From Planctomycetota bacterium (lineage in GTDB: Bacteria > Planctomycetota > UBA1135 > UBA2386): 64,000 nucleotides of DNA. A program made the translations under genes and the position numbers. Shown here in pieces: positions 48,091 to 58,499 of this stretch (position 1 is the first letter of the stretch; each line of letters opens with the position of its first letter). Location of the stretch: positions 864,001 through 928,000 of the forward strand of contig OZ245838.1 of NCBI GenBank assembly GCA_965228735.1, in the 5' to 3' direction. The notes beneath the pieces were generated by a model, which was not told where the DNA came from, did no database searches, and saw nothing but the letters and a program-made list of their open reading frames with translations.

Positions 48091-51054
48091 TCAGCGGACC
48101 TCGTGCCCGCTGTCGCCCTCCTCGACCTCGACGGTGCCGGTCTCGCTGGCCGGCGTGCCGCCGAGGATCGTGCTCGCCGGTCGCCCATCGATGACCTCGA
48201 ACGTCTGCGTCGACTCGCGTTCTCCGGCCCGGATGGTCACCGCGAACGTGCCAGGCCGCGGGCTGCCGCTGCGGTTGCGGCCAGTGAGGTTGCCCAAGTT
48301 GGCGAGGCCGCCGCGGCCGCGCGGCCGAGCCCAGCGCACCTCGTGGTAGCCGGCGGTCGTCGGTCCTTCACCGGTCCACACCACGTCGCCGGCGACGTCG
48401 CGGACCTCGATCTCGACCTCGGCGTCCGCGTCGAGGTCCTGCGCCAGCAGGTAGCGGAACGTCGGGTTGACGAACGGGTTGCTCGCGGTCCAGCTGCGAG
48501 CGCCGACGTAGCCGCGGCGGTAGGCCGACGGCAGCATCACGCCGCCGCTCGGCGGCAGCGCGGTGAAGCCAGTCGCCAGGCTCGCCGCTTCGAGGTTCTC
48601 GAACGCGCTCGCGTCGAGGGCCCAGACGCCACGCCCGTGCGTGCCGAGCAGCACGTGCGGTTCGTTCGGGTGCACGATCAGGTCGTGCACCGCGACCCGC
48701 GGCAGGCCCGCGCCGAGGCGGAACCAGTCGGCGCCGTCGTTGACCGAAACGAACGCACCCATCTCGGTGCCGAGGAACAGCACGTTGCTCTGACGCGGGT
48801 GCTGGCGCACGACGTTGATCGGCTCCATCGGCAGGCCGTGCGCGATCGGCAGCCAGGTCTCGCCCGCGTCGTCCGTCCGGAACACGAACGGATCGCGGAC
48901 GTCCTCGCGGTAGCCCGTGAAGCTCACGAACGCCGTGTCGCGGTCGTGCGGCGAGGCCTCGACGCGCGAGACCCAGAGGCCGTTCACCGCCGGCGGGAAG
49001 CGCTCGGTCATCTCGATCCAACGGTCGCCGCCGTTCTTCGAGAGCCAGACGCGACCGTCGTCGGTGCCGACCCAGAGCATGCCCGCGCGCTTCGGGGACT
49101 CGCTGATCGTCGTGATCGTGCAGTGGGGCACGTCACCCTGCTTCTTGTCCGGGTCGTTCGTCGACAGGTCGGGGCTGATCGCCTGCCAGCTGTCGCCGCG
49201 GTTGCGCGACCGGTGCAGGTGCTGACTGCCGGTGTAGACGGTGTCCGGGCTGTGCGGTGACAGCACGATCGGCGTCATCCAGTTGAAGCGCAGCCGCTGC
49301 TGGCCCTTCTGGGCGCGCGGCTTGATGCGCGCGCGTTCGCCCGTCCTGCGGTCGATGCGGCTCATGCTGCCGAACTGGGACTCGGTGTAGATCACGTCGG
49401 GATCGCGCGGGTCGACGACGGTGTAGAAGCCGTCACCGCCGTTGATCTTGAACGCGTCGTCGGGTCGCAGCCCGGCCGTCGTCGGACCGTGGATCGGGAA
49501 GCCCCAAGTGCCGTTGTCCTGCAGCCCGATGTAGATGTTGTACGGGGAGCCATGATCGACCGCGACCGTGTAGGCCTGGATGATCGGCAGGGTCGGCAGG
49601 TGATCCCAGTGCTCGCCCGCATCCCAGGAGACGGCGATGCCGCCGTCGTTGCCGAGCAGGCAGTGCTTGCTGTCGGTCGGGTCGATCCACAGCGCGTGGT
49701 GATCGACGTGCAGGCTCGTCGCGAACGCGCCGCTGCGCCGGCGGCCGCGCGGCGTCCACGTCTTACCACCGTCGGTCGAGCGGTAGACCGGGACGGAGAG
49801 CACGTAGAGCGTGTCGCGGTCGTTCGGGTCGACGCGGATCTGCCCGTAGTAGTAGCCCGGTGAGCCGCCGATGCGCTGCTCCTCGTTGGTCTTGGTCCAC
49901 GAATCGCCGCCGTCGTCGCTGCGGTAGATCTCGCCGCCGATGAGGCGCGGGCGCGTGCTGCGGCCGCGATCCTGCGCTTCGTCCGCCTCGCCGTGCAGGA
50001 ACTCGCCGCGCGCGACGGGGTCGGCCAGGACTTCGGCATCGGGTTCGGGGGCCGGATCGGAATCCGGCTTGGCGGCCGGATCGGCATCCGGCTTGGCGGC
50101 CGGATCGGAATCCGGCTTGGCTTCACGATCCCGACTGCCCTCGCCGCCGCCATCGCCGACGGGTGCCGGGCGCTCCGTGGTGGGGGTGCCGACCGGATTG
50201 AGGTTCTCGATGCAGCAGTAGATCGTCCGGCCGTCACCGCGGAAGACGTCGAGCCCGATGCGACCGAGGTCGCCAGCCGGGAGGCCGCCGCCGAGCTCGT
50301 CCCACGTATCGCCGCCGTCCTGCGACCGCCACACGCGCGAGCCGGGGCCGCCCTCGCTGAAGTCCCACGCGCGCCGGCGGCGCTGGTAGGACGCGGCGAA
50401 CACGTTGTCCGGTTCGTCGGGATCGAAGATGACGTCGACGAAGCCCGTGTCGGCGTCCTGGTAGGCGACGCGCTCCCAGGTGTCGCCCCCGTCCATCGTG
50501 CGGTAGAGCCCGCGGTCCTCGTTCGCGGAGTAGAGCGCGCCGAGCGCCGCGACGAACACGATGTCCGCGTTGTACGGGTGGATCGCGATGCGGCCGATGT
50601 GGTCGGTGCCGTCGAGGCCGACGTGCTCCCAGCTGTCGCCGCCGTCGCGTGAGCGATAGACGCCGTTGCCCCAGTACGAACTGCGCTGGTTGTTGGCCTC
50701 ACCCGTGCCGAGGAACAGCACCTCGGGGTTGGTGGGTGCTACGGCGATGTCGCCGATCGACGTCGTGTACTCGTTCTGGAACTGCGCGCGCCACGTGACG
50801 CCGCCGTTGGTCGTCTTCCAGACGCCGCCGCTGCCGCTCGCGGCCCAGAAGATCTGCGGCCGTTCGGGATGCACGGCGACGTCGACGATGCGGCCGCCCG
50901 AGGTCACCGGGCCGAGCTCGCGCCATCGCATCTGGTCGAACACGTGCTCCTGCAGGTGCTCGCGGTCTCCGCCCTGCGCGGTGAGCGTGCCGGTCGTCGC
51001 GATCAAGGTGCTCAGCACCACCGACTGGCCAAGAAGCTTCTTGCTGGTCGTCAT
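48091..51054 (-). CDS. VPS10/BNR-repeat beta-propeller (glycosyl-hydrolase-like), secreted
   Basis: WRELGP...GRI.D, repeated S.DGG..W Asp-boxes, HVDHHALWIDP, GLQDNGTW, RFNW.TP, THGRG. Confidence 0.85.
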   Translation of the reverse strand: MTTSKKLLGQSVVLSTLIATTGTLTAQGGDREHLQEHVFDQMRWRELGPVTSGGRIVDVAVHPERPQIFWAASGSGGVWKTTNGGVTWRAQFQNEYTTSIGDIAVAPTNPEVLFLGTGEANNQRSSYWGNGVYRSRDGGDSWEHVGLDGTDHIGRIAIHPYNADIVFVAALGALYSANEDRGLYRTMDGGDTWERVAYQDADTGFVDVIFDPDEPDNVFAASYQRRRRAWDFSEGGPGSRVWRSQDGGDTWDELGGGLPAGDLGRIGLDVFRGDGRTIYCCIENLNPVGTPTTERPAPVGDGGGEGSRDREAKPDSDPAAKPDADPAAKPDSDPAPEPDAEVLADPVARGEFLHGEADEAQDRGRSTRPRLIGGEIYRSDDGGDSWTKTNEEQRIGGSPGYYYGQIRVDPNDRDTLYVLSVPVYRSTDGGKTWTPRGRRRSGAFATSLHVDHHALWIDPTDSKHCLLGNDGGIAVSWDAGEHWDHLPTLPIIQAYTVAVDHGSPYNIYIGLQDNGTWGFPIHGPTTAGLRPDDAFKINGGDGFYTVVDPRDPDVIYTESQFGSMSRIDRRTGERARIKPRAQKGQQRLRFNWMTPIVLSPHSPDTVYTGSQHLHRSRNRGDSWQAISPDLSTNDPDKKQGDVPHCTITTISESPKRAGMLWVGTDDGRVWLSKNGGDRWIEMTERFPPAVNGLWVSRVEASPHDRDTAFVSFTGYREDVRDPFVFRTDDAGETWLPIAHGLPMEPINVVRQHPRQSNVLFLGTEMGAFVSVNDGADWFRLGAGLPRVAVHDLIVHPNEPHVLLGTHGRGVWALDASAFENLEAASLATGFTALPPSGGVMLPSAYRRGYVGARSWTASNPFVNPTFRYLLAQDLDADAEVEIEVRDVAGDVVWTGEGPTTAGYHEVRWARPRGRGGLANLGNLTGRNRSGSPRPGTFAVTIRAGERESTQTFEVIDGRPASTILGGTPASETGTVEVEEGDSGHEVR
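50050..50121. repeat. 24-bp tandem repeat x3 (AKPDSDPA)
   Basis: GGCCGGATCGGAATCCGGCTTGGC x3 with one substitution, inside a low-complexity loop. Confidence 0.85.
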
Positions 51055-51077
51055 CTCTGTTCTCCTGGCTCGGTGGT

Positions 51078-54000
51078 TCAGCGGTTCTGCCCGACGACGG
51101 GTGACGCGGACGGTGCGTTGGATTGGGTAAGGGGATCGGGCCGCAGTTCGAACGTCCTCGCATCGACGTCCTCCTGGCCGGCCCAGCGCACGGCGTAGGT
51201 GCCGGGCTTCGCGAGGCTGCGACCGAGTCGCCCGCTCCAGGTGATCGCCTGGACGCCGGCCTTGGTCTCGCCGGTGACCTTGGCGAGCTCCTTGCCCGTG
51301 ACATCGTGGATCGTCAGCGCGGGCTTTTCCTCGGGCTTCTCGGCGCAGTAGACGTAGAACGTCACGCCGTAGGGCGGGTTGTCCGCGTGATGGTCGCGGT
51401 GGCCCTGCTTGCCGCGGCTCTTCATCTGCCACAGGATCGCGGGTTCGACGGCGAACAGATGGCGGGCGCTCCTCGCGACGTCGCTCGTGAGCTGCCGCAG
51501 CGGCTCGATGTCGATCGTCCAGGCGCCGCGGCCGTGCGTGCCCGCGACGAGGTCGCTGTCGCGGTCCTGGATGAACAGGTCGCGCACGCTGACGGTCGGC
51601 AGCCCGCTGCCGAGCCGGAACCACGTCTCGCCCCGATCGAGCGACACGTGACAGCCATACTCGGTGCCGAGGAACAGCAGGTCCTCGTTACGCGGATCCT
51701 CGCAGATCGCGTAGCACGGTTCGCGCAGCGGCAGGTCGTCGCCGATCGACTCCCACGTCTCGCCGCGGTCCTGTGACACGAACACGTAGGTCTGGAAGTC
51801 GTCGAAGCGGTGACCGTCGAGCGTGAGATAGACGCGATCGTTGCTGTCGTACGATGGCACGATGTCACTCACGTAGCGCCGCGCGAGGATCGGCAGGTTC
51901 TCGTCGAGGCGGATCCACTCGCGGCCGCCGTCATCGGTGCGCCACAAGGCACCGTCGTCGGTGCCGACGTAGAGCAGGCCGCGCACGCGCGGGCTCTCGG
52001 CGATGGCCGTCGCCGTGCCCCGGTCGGTCGCGCCGAGCGAACCGGAGATGCACTCCATTTGCATGCCGCGCGTGCCGCCGATCGGGCCCTGGCCGGGTCG
52101 GCTGCTGCGGCTGTCGAGGTGGGCGTAGCGATCGCCGCGATAGACGTGGCTGCCCGCGTGGTAGAGCGTCAGACGGTTGTGCGGCGACAGGATGAACGGG
52201 CTGTCCCAGTTCCAGCGCGCGCGGCCATCAGTGGGGCGCCCGCGGCGCATGCGCGCGGACGTACCCGACCTCGTGTCGTTGATGCCGAGCGCGCCGTTCT
52301 GGCTGGTGCAGTAGACGATCCACGGTTCGACCGGGTCGGTCACGGCGCCGAAGCCGTCGCCGCCGCGGATCGTGACCCAGTCCTCGAAGCCGATGCCCTC
52401 GCGATAGCGCGTGCGCGACGGGCCGACCCAAGTGCCGTTGTCCTGCAGACCGCCGAGCACGTTGTAGGGCACGCTGTTGTCCGCGGTGATGTCGTAGAAC
52501 TGCGCGACGGAGAAGCCGTGGAACACCTGCCACGTGCGACCGCGGTCCCAGGTCTCGTTCACGCCGCCGTCGCACCCCGCGAGCAGGTGGTCGCCGTCGT
52601 CGGGATCGATCCAGATCGCGTGGAAGTCGACGTGGATGCCGCGGTGGATCGGGTCGAACTCCTCGCCGCCGTCGGTCGAACCCCAGAGCGAGGTGCCGAC
52701 CGTGTAGATGCGATCGTCGTCGCTCGGGTCGACGCGGATGACCGAGTAGTAGAACGGCCGCTCCGTGAGGCTGTTGATGCGGCGCCACGAGTCGCCGGCG
52801 TCGTCGCTGCGGAACACGCCGCCCGTCTGGAAGCCGTCCTCGCCCTGTCGGTCCTGGCGATTCTGCACCTGGCCGAACAGGCGCCCGCCGTTCGGAAAGT
52901 TCGGATTGGCGAGGCGCCCGCCACCGCTCTGGCGGGTGCCGTAGGTCAGCTCGACCTCGCGCGGTTCCGGCTCCTCAGCGCGCTGGAACGTGACCTTGAC
53001 GGTCGTGCCCCCGCGCGAGTCCGCGAGGATGTCGCGCAGATCCTGCATGTTCTTGACGGTCTCGCCGTCCATCGCGATCACGCGGTCGCCGGCCTGCATG
53101 CCGGCCTGCTGCGCGCCGCCGCCGTCACTCAGTTCACCGAGCACGGCGCCCGGCGTGCCTTCGCCGCCGTCGGTGCCGCCCTGGAACCCGAAGACCGCGG
53201 TGCCGCGGGCCGCCGGCTTGCCATCGTCGCCGCCGCCGATGCGTTGCTTGCTGCCCGTGTTCCAGCCGCTGCGCTCGGTCTCGACGATCGCGAACACCGT
53301 GCCGGGGTTGCTGGCGAAGAAGTCGAGGCCGCTGCGACCCCACTGGCTGTTGGTCGGCAGGCCGTCGTTCACCCGGCGCCAGTTGTCGCCGCCGTCGATG
53401 CTCTTGTAGATGCCGCTGTGCTCGCCGAAGCGCGTCGCCGGATCGTTGCCGTCGAACTCGTCGCGCCAACGCTCGTAGAGGCACGCGAGCACGAGGTCGG
53501 GGTTGCCCGGGTGCAGTCGCACGTCGATGCAGCCCGTGTGCTCGTCGAGATAGAGGATCCGTTCCCAGTTCTCGCCGCCGTCCAGCGTGCGATAGACCCC
53601 GCGTTCTGCATTGCTGCCCCAGAGTCGCCCGAGCGCCGCGACGTAGACGATGTCGGGGTTCGTCGGGTGGATCTCGATGTGGCCGATCTGGAACGTCTCG
53701 AACAGGCCCTTGTGGGTCCAGGTGTCGCCGCCGTCCACGGACTTGTAGACGCCGTCACCCCACTGCACGGAGTTGCGCGCGTTCTCCTCGCCGGTCCCGA
53801 TCCAGACGACCTTCGGATCGCTCGGCGCGATCGCGACGTCACCGATCGAGACCGTGCCGAAGTCGTCGAACACGTTCTCCCAGGTCGTGCCGCGGTTCTG
53901 CGTGCGCCACACGCCGCCGCCGGCCGTGCCGGCAAACCACGTGCTCTTCTGCTCGGGGTGCACCGCGATGTCGGTGATGCGGCCGACGGGGTTGCTCGGC

Positions 54001-54125
54001 CCGACGTTGCGCCACGCGACGCCGGCGACCATCGCCTGGTCGAACGTGGGTTCCTGGGCCGAGGCCGAAGCGAGGAGGGTGAGGGCTGCGGGCAGGAGCG
54101 CCGCGCACCGGAGCGTTGACTGCAT
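51078..54125 (-). CDS. VPS10/BNR-repeat beta-propeller with an inserted PDZ domain, secreted
   Basis: Same motifs as the neighbouring gene plus a PDZ-like GGAQQAGMQAGDRVIAMDG...V.VTFQR insert and an Ig-like C-terminus. Confidence 0.85.
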   Translation of the reverse strand: MQSTLRCAALLPAALTLLASASAQEPTFDQAMVAGVAWRNVGPSNPVGRITDIAVHPEQKSTWFAGTAGGGVWRTQNRGTTWENVFDDFGTVSIGDVAIAPSDPKVVWIGTGEENARNSVQWGDGVYKSVDGGDTWTHKGLFETFQIGHIEIHPTNPDIVYVAALGRLWGSNAERGVYRTLDGGENWERILYLDEHTGCIDVRLHPGNPDLVLACLYERWRDEFDGNDPATRFGEHSGIYKSIDGGDNWRRVNDGLPTNSQWGRSGLDFFASNPGTVFAIVETERSGWNTGSKQRIGGGDDGKPAARGTAVFGFQGGTDGGEGTPGAVLGELSDGGGAQQAGMQAGDRVIAMDGETVKNMQDLRDILADSRGGTTVKVTFQRAEEPEPREVELTYGTRQSGGGRLANPNFPNGGRLFGQVQNRQDRQGEDGFQTGGVFRSDDAGDSWRRINSLTERPFYYSVIRVDPSDDDRIYTVGTSLWGSTDGGEEFDPIHRGIHVDFHAIWIDPDDGDHLLAGCDGGVNETWDRGRTWQVFHGFSVAQFYDITADNSVPYNVLGGLQDNGTWVGPSRTRYREGIGFEDWVTIRGGDGFGAVTDPVEPWIVYCTSQNGALGINDTRSGTSARMRRGRPTDGRARWNWDSPFILSPHNRLTLYHAGSHVYRGDRYAHLDSRSSRPGQGPIGGTRGMQMECISGSLGATDRGTATAIAESPRVRGLLYVGTDDGALWRTDDGGREWIRLDENLPILARRYVSDIVPSYDSNDRVYLTLDGHRFDDFQTYVFVSQDRGETWESIGDDLPLREPCYAICEDPRNEDLLFLGTEYGCHVSLDRGETWFRLGSGLPTVSVRDLFIQDRDSDLVAGTHGRGAWTIDIEPLRQLTSDVARSARHLFAVEPAILWQMKSRGKQGHRDHHADNPPYGVTFYVYCAEKPEEKPALTIHDVTGKELAKVTGETKAGVQAITWSGRLGRSLAKPGTYAVRWAGQEDVDARTFELRPDPLTQSNAPSASPVVGQNR

Positions 54126-54257
54126 GATCGACGTGGGCAGGGGCCGAATGGGCGCTTCAGCATACGGAGACCGGGGCGTTCTCCCCTGCGCGCGGCCGCC
54201 CCGAAAGTGTCGCAAATGGGTGAGATGCGGCGGTGCGAACCGGACCCGCAGCAGCCG

Positions 54258-55637
54258 TCAGAAGCTGTTGCCGAACGCGATCGTGAGGTTGCTGCCCTCG
54301 TCGCCGAAGCCGAGGTCGATGCGGAAGGACGCCTCGCGGGAAAACCCCAACCGCGCGCCGACACCGACGCTGTGGTGCCAGCGGCCGTCGTCGAGCCGGT
54401 CGAAGTCGCTCGCGACGGTGCCGACCTCGCCGAACACCGCGAGATAGATCCGCTCGATCCGGATCGTGTCCGTGAAGGTGATCCCGCGCGGCACGACGGC
54501 GAAGCGATACTCGGCCACTCCGTGCGCCGCCGCGCGATCGGTGAAGCGGTTGCCGATGAACGAGCGCAGCGTATCGCCGCCGCCCAGCGACGGCAGGTTG
54601 TAGAACGGCAGGTCGCCGACCGTGTCCGTCACGAACGCACCGAGCGCGAGCACGTCGGTCGGCGGGTTCTCCTCGTCGCCGACGGCGCCACGGTGCAGCA
54701 GCGGCGGCAGGCTGAAGTACTGCCGGGCGTCGGCCTGGATCACGGCGCCGGTCTGCCCGCCGCTGTGCACCGCTGAGCTGATGCTGAGGCCGAGCCGGTG
54801 GCCCTCGTACGGCTGGTGCAGGCTGTCGCGCGTGTCGTGCGCGAAGTCACCGATGAGCCACAGGAAATCGTCGCCGTCACCGTCACTGACGAGCGCGGGA
54901 AAGACCTGCTCCGTGCTCGGCACGGTCGACACGCGGCCGCTCGACAGACCGCGGTGCTCGGCGCGGATCTCCGCGAGGTAATAGAGCGGATCGCCCGGGG
55001 CGCCGATCGAATCGCGGATGCCGACGCCGACGGTCGCGACCTCCTCGGTGAAGCTCGTCTCCGCCGACTCGGGCGTGCGGCTGCCGAAGCCGAAGAAGCG
55101 CCTCGTCAGCGTCTTGCGGTAGCCGGCGCGCGCGAACACGCGGCCGCGCTCTTCGCGGATGATCCCGCCGTTGCTCAACTCGCGATGATGCAGCCAGCGC
55201 TGCCAGAAGATGCTGTAGGCCTGCTGCCCTTCCTCGGAGTGCGTGACGACGATGTTGGCGAACTCGCGGTAGTTCTGGTTGCGGAAGTCGACGTCGGTGA
55301 ACGCGACGCCGCCGCCGAACCCGATGTCCTCCTCGCGGAACAGGATCGGCGAGAAGAAGCTGCTGACGAGGAAGCGATCGAAGATGCCGCCGGGCTTGAT
55401 GCGACCGGGCGGCGTGTAGCGCCAGCGCTCCGGGTTCTTCAGATCGTCCGGCCGCGCAGCGCGGGGGATGCGGCCGTTCTCGTCCATGCCCTCGAGCGGG
55501 TCGTAGACCGGCGGCAGATCCTGCGGCCGTTGTGGGGGTGTCGCGGTGCCGCCGGCCGTGCCGGTCTGGGCGATGGCCCACGACGCCGTCAGACAGGTGC
55601 TCGTGAACGCCGCGAGCAGGTGGCGACCAGGCCTCAT
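54258..55637 (-). CDS. Omp85/BamA-TamA-family outer-membrane beta-barrel protein
   Basis: Signal peptide, DTRD...PYEG, LGGGDTLRSF...RF, AEYRF, G.GARL, RIDLG and a terminal Phe. Confidence 0.8.
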   Translation of the reverse strand: MRPGRHLLAAFTSTCLTASWAIAQTGTAGGTATPPQRPQDLPPVYDPLEGMDENGRIPRAARPDDLKNPERWRYTPPGRIKPGGIFDRFLVSSFFSPILFREEDIGFGGGVAFTDVDFRNQNYREFANIVVTHSEEGQQAYSIFWQRWLHHRELSNGGIIREERGRVFARAGYRKTLTRRFFGFGSRTPESAETSFTEEVATVGVGIRDSIGAPGDPLYYLAEIRAEHRGLSSGRVSTVPSTEQVFPALVSDGDGDDFLWLIGDFAHDTRDSLHQPYEGHRLGLSISSAVHSGGQTGAVIQADARQYFSLPPLLHRGAVGDEENPPTDVLALGAFVTDTVGDLPFYNLPSLGGGDTLRSFIGNRFTDRAAAHGVAEYRFAVVPRGITFTDTIRIERIYLAVFGEVGTVASDFDRLDDGRWHHSVGVGARLGFSREASFRIDLGFGDEGSNLTIAFGNSF

Positions 55638-56446
55638 CGGCCGGCCCCCGCGCTCGGCGCGAACGACGCGGCCGGCACCGGAGTCGGAATGTCGTCGTCG
55701 GGCTCGGGTCGCGGCGCGAGCGACTTGCCGTGCGCGGCCGCCCAGGTCTGTTCGAGCGTCGTGAGCGCCGCGTGGGTCGCCTTCGCCGTGAGCTTGTCGG
55801 CCGGGTCGCCGACGATGAGGGCCACCGCCGCGTAGGTGAAGCGCGAGATGCCCTGCGCTTCGAGCGCGATGTCGATCATGGCGTCGGTGCCGGCTTCGAG
55901 GCACGACGCCGTCGGCAGCAGCGTGACGCCGCGGGCGGCCGCGACGAGCGCCGGTGGCAACGCGAGTCGCGGGTCGTCGCCGGGTATGGGCGTGCCGATC
56001 ATGTGCAGCGGGATCGCCGGGTCGACCTCGACCGTCTCGCCGTCGGGTCCCATCTGCATCCGGCTGCCGATCGGGAAGCCGATCCGCGTCCCGCCGGTCG
56101 GAACGCCGAGCACGGTCTGACGCCACTCGCCCAGCGCGCGACCGTAGTCCTCCGGATCCGTGATCGGCAACGGATCGTCGAACGATAGCGCGATGATCAG
56201 CGGGCGGCCGGGCTCGGAGTCGATCTCCGCGACGAGGCGCGGGCGCGCCGCGGTGACGAGCTCGTGGACCTCCGCGGCCGCGGCTTCGCTGGTCGCGAGC
56301 ACGTAGGCCTGCTCGGAGACGAAGAGTCGATGGTCGCGCCAGCGATCGGGCAGTTCCGCCGCTCTGGGCTGCCATTCGACGGCGGTGCAGCCGCCGAGGC
56401 TCGCGAGCAGGGTGGTGAAGAGGGCCAGGGTGGACGCGCGCAGCAT
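55634..56446 (-). CDS. Hypothetical lipoprotein
   Basis: Lipobox LGGC. The stop overlaps the Omp85 ATG. Confidence 0.7.
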   Translation of the reverse strand: MLRASTLALFTTLLASLGGCTAVEWQPRAAELPDRWRDHRLFVSEQAYVLATSEAAAAEVHELVTAARPRLVAEIDSEPGRPLIIALSFDDPLPITDPEDYGRALGEWRQTVLGVPTGGTRIGFPIGSRMQMGPDGETVEVDPAIPLHMIGTPIPGDDPRLALPPALVAAARGVTLLPTASCLEAGTDAMIDIALEAQGISRFTYAAVALIVGDPADKLTAKATHAALTTLEQTWAAAHGKSLAPRPEPDDDIPTPVPAASFAPSAGAGR

Positions 56447-56510
56447 CGGGTCAGGATGGTAGGCCGGGGCAGATGCAGAACAAACGGCGGAGCTTGTATG
56501 GTGGCCCGCC

Positions 56511-58499
56511 ATGCATCGCTCGATTCTCGGGGCCCTGCTGACCATCGTGTCGGCTCTGTTCGTGGCCGTCAGCTCGGCAGCGCAGGGCCGCTATCAGGAC
56601 CTGCTGGACCGGATGGTCAGCGCGGACTGGCTGTTCGAAGCGCCGAAACCCGGCGAGCGTTGCGTGCAGTTCAGCAGCTACGACCGGCGCAGCGATGCGG
56701 GACCCGAGAGCGCGGAGGAGTGGTTCGCGAACCACGATCGCGGGCACTACCTGCGCACGGTGGAGCGCGATGGGCGCACCGAGCACGTGATGGTCGACGC
56801 CAAGGGCCCGGGTGTGCTGACCCGCATCTGGTCGGCGAACCCGTCGGGGGAGCTGTTCTTCCGGGTCGACGGCGCGCTCGTCTGGACGGTCGACTTCCGC
56901 GCGCTGTGCAGCGGCGCGGTCGACGGCGTGCCCGAGCCGCTCGCCGTCGTGCGAGCGCGCGGGGCGAACTGCTATCTGCCGATTCCGTTCGGCGAGTCGC
57001 TCGAGGTGAGCTCGAGTGCGGGCGATTGCTACTACCAGTGCAACGTGACCACGTGGCCGGCGGGGACCGCGGTCGAAGGTTTCACGCCGGCGTTGCTGCA
57101 GAAGAACGCGGGGGCGATCCGGGCTGCGGCTGAGCAGTTGACGTATCAGCACTCCCAGCAGTTCCGCAGCGCGACCGGGCTCGGGTTGCCGCTGCGGAAG
57201 CGGATCCCGCGCGATCACGTCGTGACCGAGATCGTGATCGACATCGCGAACGTTCCCGAGGACCACAACGTCGGCGACCTGCTCCGCAACGTCCTGCTCG
57301 TCGTGAACTGCGACGGCGAGATCACCGTTCGGGTCCCCGTGCTCGACTTCTTCTGCGGTGGCGGCGACTGGCAGCCGTTCACGTCGCGCTTCCTCTACGT
57401 CCGCGAGTCGTCGGCCGGGTGCTGCTACCCGATGCCGATGCCCGACGGCGGGCTCATTGCGCTCGAGGTCGACGGCGATCTCGCGGGCATGAACGTCGGG
57501 CTCGGGCTCGTGTCGACGAAGCCGCTCGACGATCCCGACGCGCTGCTGTTCCACGCCTCGTATCACCAGCAGAAGAGCTTCGCCTCGCGGCCGTTCCGTG
57601 ATTTCCGCGTGCTCGATGCCAGCGGTGGGCCGGGCCGCTTCGTCGGCTGTTCACTGCTCGTGAAGAATCCGACGCGCGCGTGGTGGGGCGAGGGCGACGA
57701 GAAGTTCTACGTCGACGGCGAGGCGTTCCCGTCGACGTTCGGCACGGGCACGGAGGACTACTTCGGGTACGCGTGGTGTTCGCCGGAGCTGTTCGCCTCG
57801 CCGTTCCACGCCCAGCCGCAGTGCGACGGCCCGGGCAACTACGGGTTCACCGCGCTGCACCGCAGTCAGGTGCTCGACAACGTGCCGTTCCAGCGGTCGT
57901 TCCGCTTCGATCTCGAGGTCTGGCACTGGGTGCAGGACCTGCAGCTCGACTATGCGTCGGTGGCGTACTGGTACGGCGCCCCCGAGACCCGGTCGGGCCT
58001 GCCGGCGGTGCCGCCGGCCGCCGAGCGCACGCTCGATCGCCTCGGCCCGCCGCCGGTGTTCGTTGCCGAGGGCGTGATCGAGGGCGAAGGGTTGCGCGTC
58101 GTCGCGTGCACGGGCGGCGACCACGAGGTGCAGGACATGGGATCCTACGGGACGCAGTTCTCGCAGAACGGGCAACGCTGGTGGAAGCACGGTGAACTCG
58201 GCGACACGCTCGTGCTCGCCGTGCCCGTTCAAGAGGCCGGGAAGTACCGCGTGCTGGGCGCGTTCTGCCGCGCCGGCGACTACGGCATCGTGCAACTGAC
58301 GCTGGCCGACCAGAAGCTCGGTGGCCCGTTCGATGCGTATCACAACGGCGTGCGAACGTCGGGCAAGAAGGAGCTCGGCGTCGTGCAGCTGCCGGCGGGC
58401 GAAGCGATGCTGCGCGTGACGATCCTCGGCAGCAACGAGAAGAGCACGCCCGGCAACATGTTCGGCCTCGACTACCTCGAGCTGCAGAAGCTGCTCTGA
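56511..58499 (+). CDS. DUF2961 (GH172-like) protein, secreted
   Basis: SSYDR, GPG..TRIWSANP, NCYLPIPF, PMP, WWGEGDEKFYVDGE, GTGTEDYFG. Confidence 0.85.
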   Translation: MHRSILGALLTIVSALFVAVSSAAQGRYQDLLDRMVSADWLFEAPKPGERCVQFSSYDRRSDAGPESAEEWFANHDRGHYLRTVERDGRTEHVMVDAKGPGVLTRIWSANPSGELFFRVDGALVWTVDFRALCSGAVDGVPEPLAVVRARGANCYLPIPFGESLEVSSSAGDCYYQCNVTTWPAGTAVEGFTPALLQKNAGAIRAAAEQLTYQHSQQFRSATGLGLPLRKRIPRDHVVTEIVIDIANVPEDHNVGDLLRNVLLVVNCDGEITVRVPVLDFFCGGGDWQPFTSRFLYVRESSAGCCYPMPMPDGGLIALEVDGDLAGMNVGLGLVSTKPLDDPDALLFHASYHQQKSFASRPFRDFRVLDASGGPGRFVGCSLLVKNPTRAWWGEGDEKFYVDGEAFPSTFGTGTEDYFGYAWCSPELFASPFHAQPQCDGPGNYGFTALHRSQVLDNVPFQRSFRFDLEVWHWVQDLQLDYASVAYWYGAPETRSGLPAVPPAAERTLDRLGPPPVFVAEGVIEGEGLRVVACTGGDHEVQDMGSYGTQFSQNGQRWWKHGELGDTLVLAVPVQEAGKYRVLGAFCRAGDYGIVQLTLADQKLGGPFDAYHNGVRTSGKKELGVVQLPAGEAMLRVTILGSNEKSTPGNMFGLDYLELQKLL

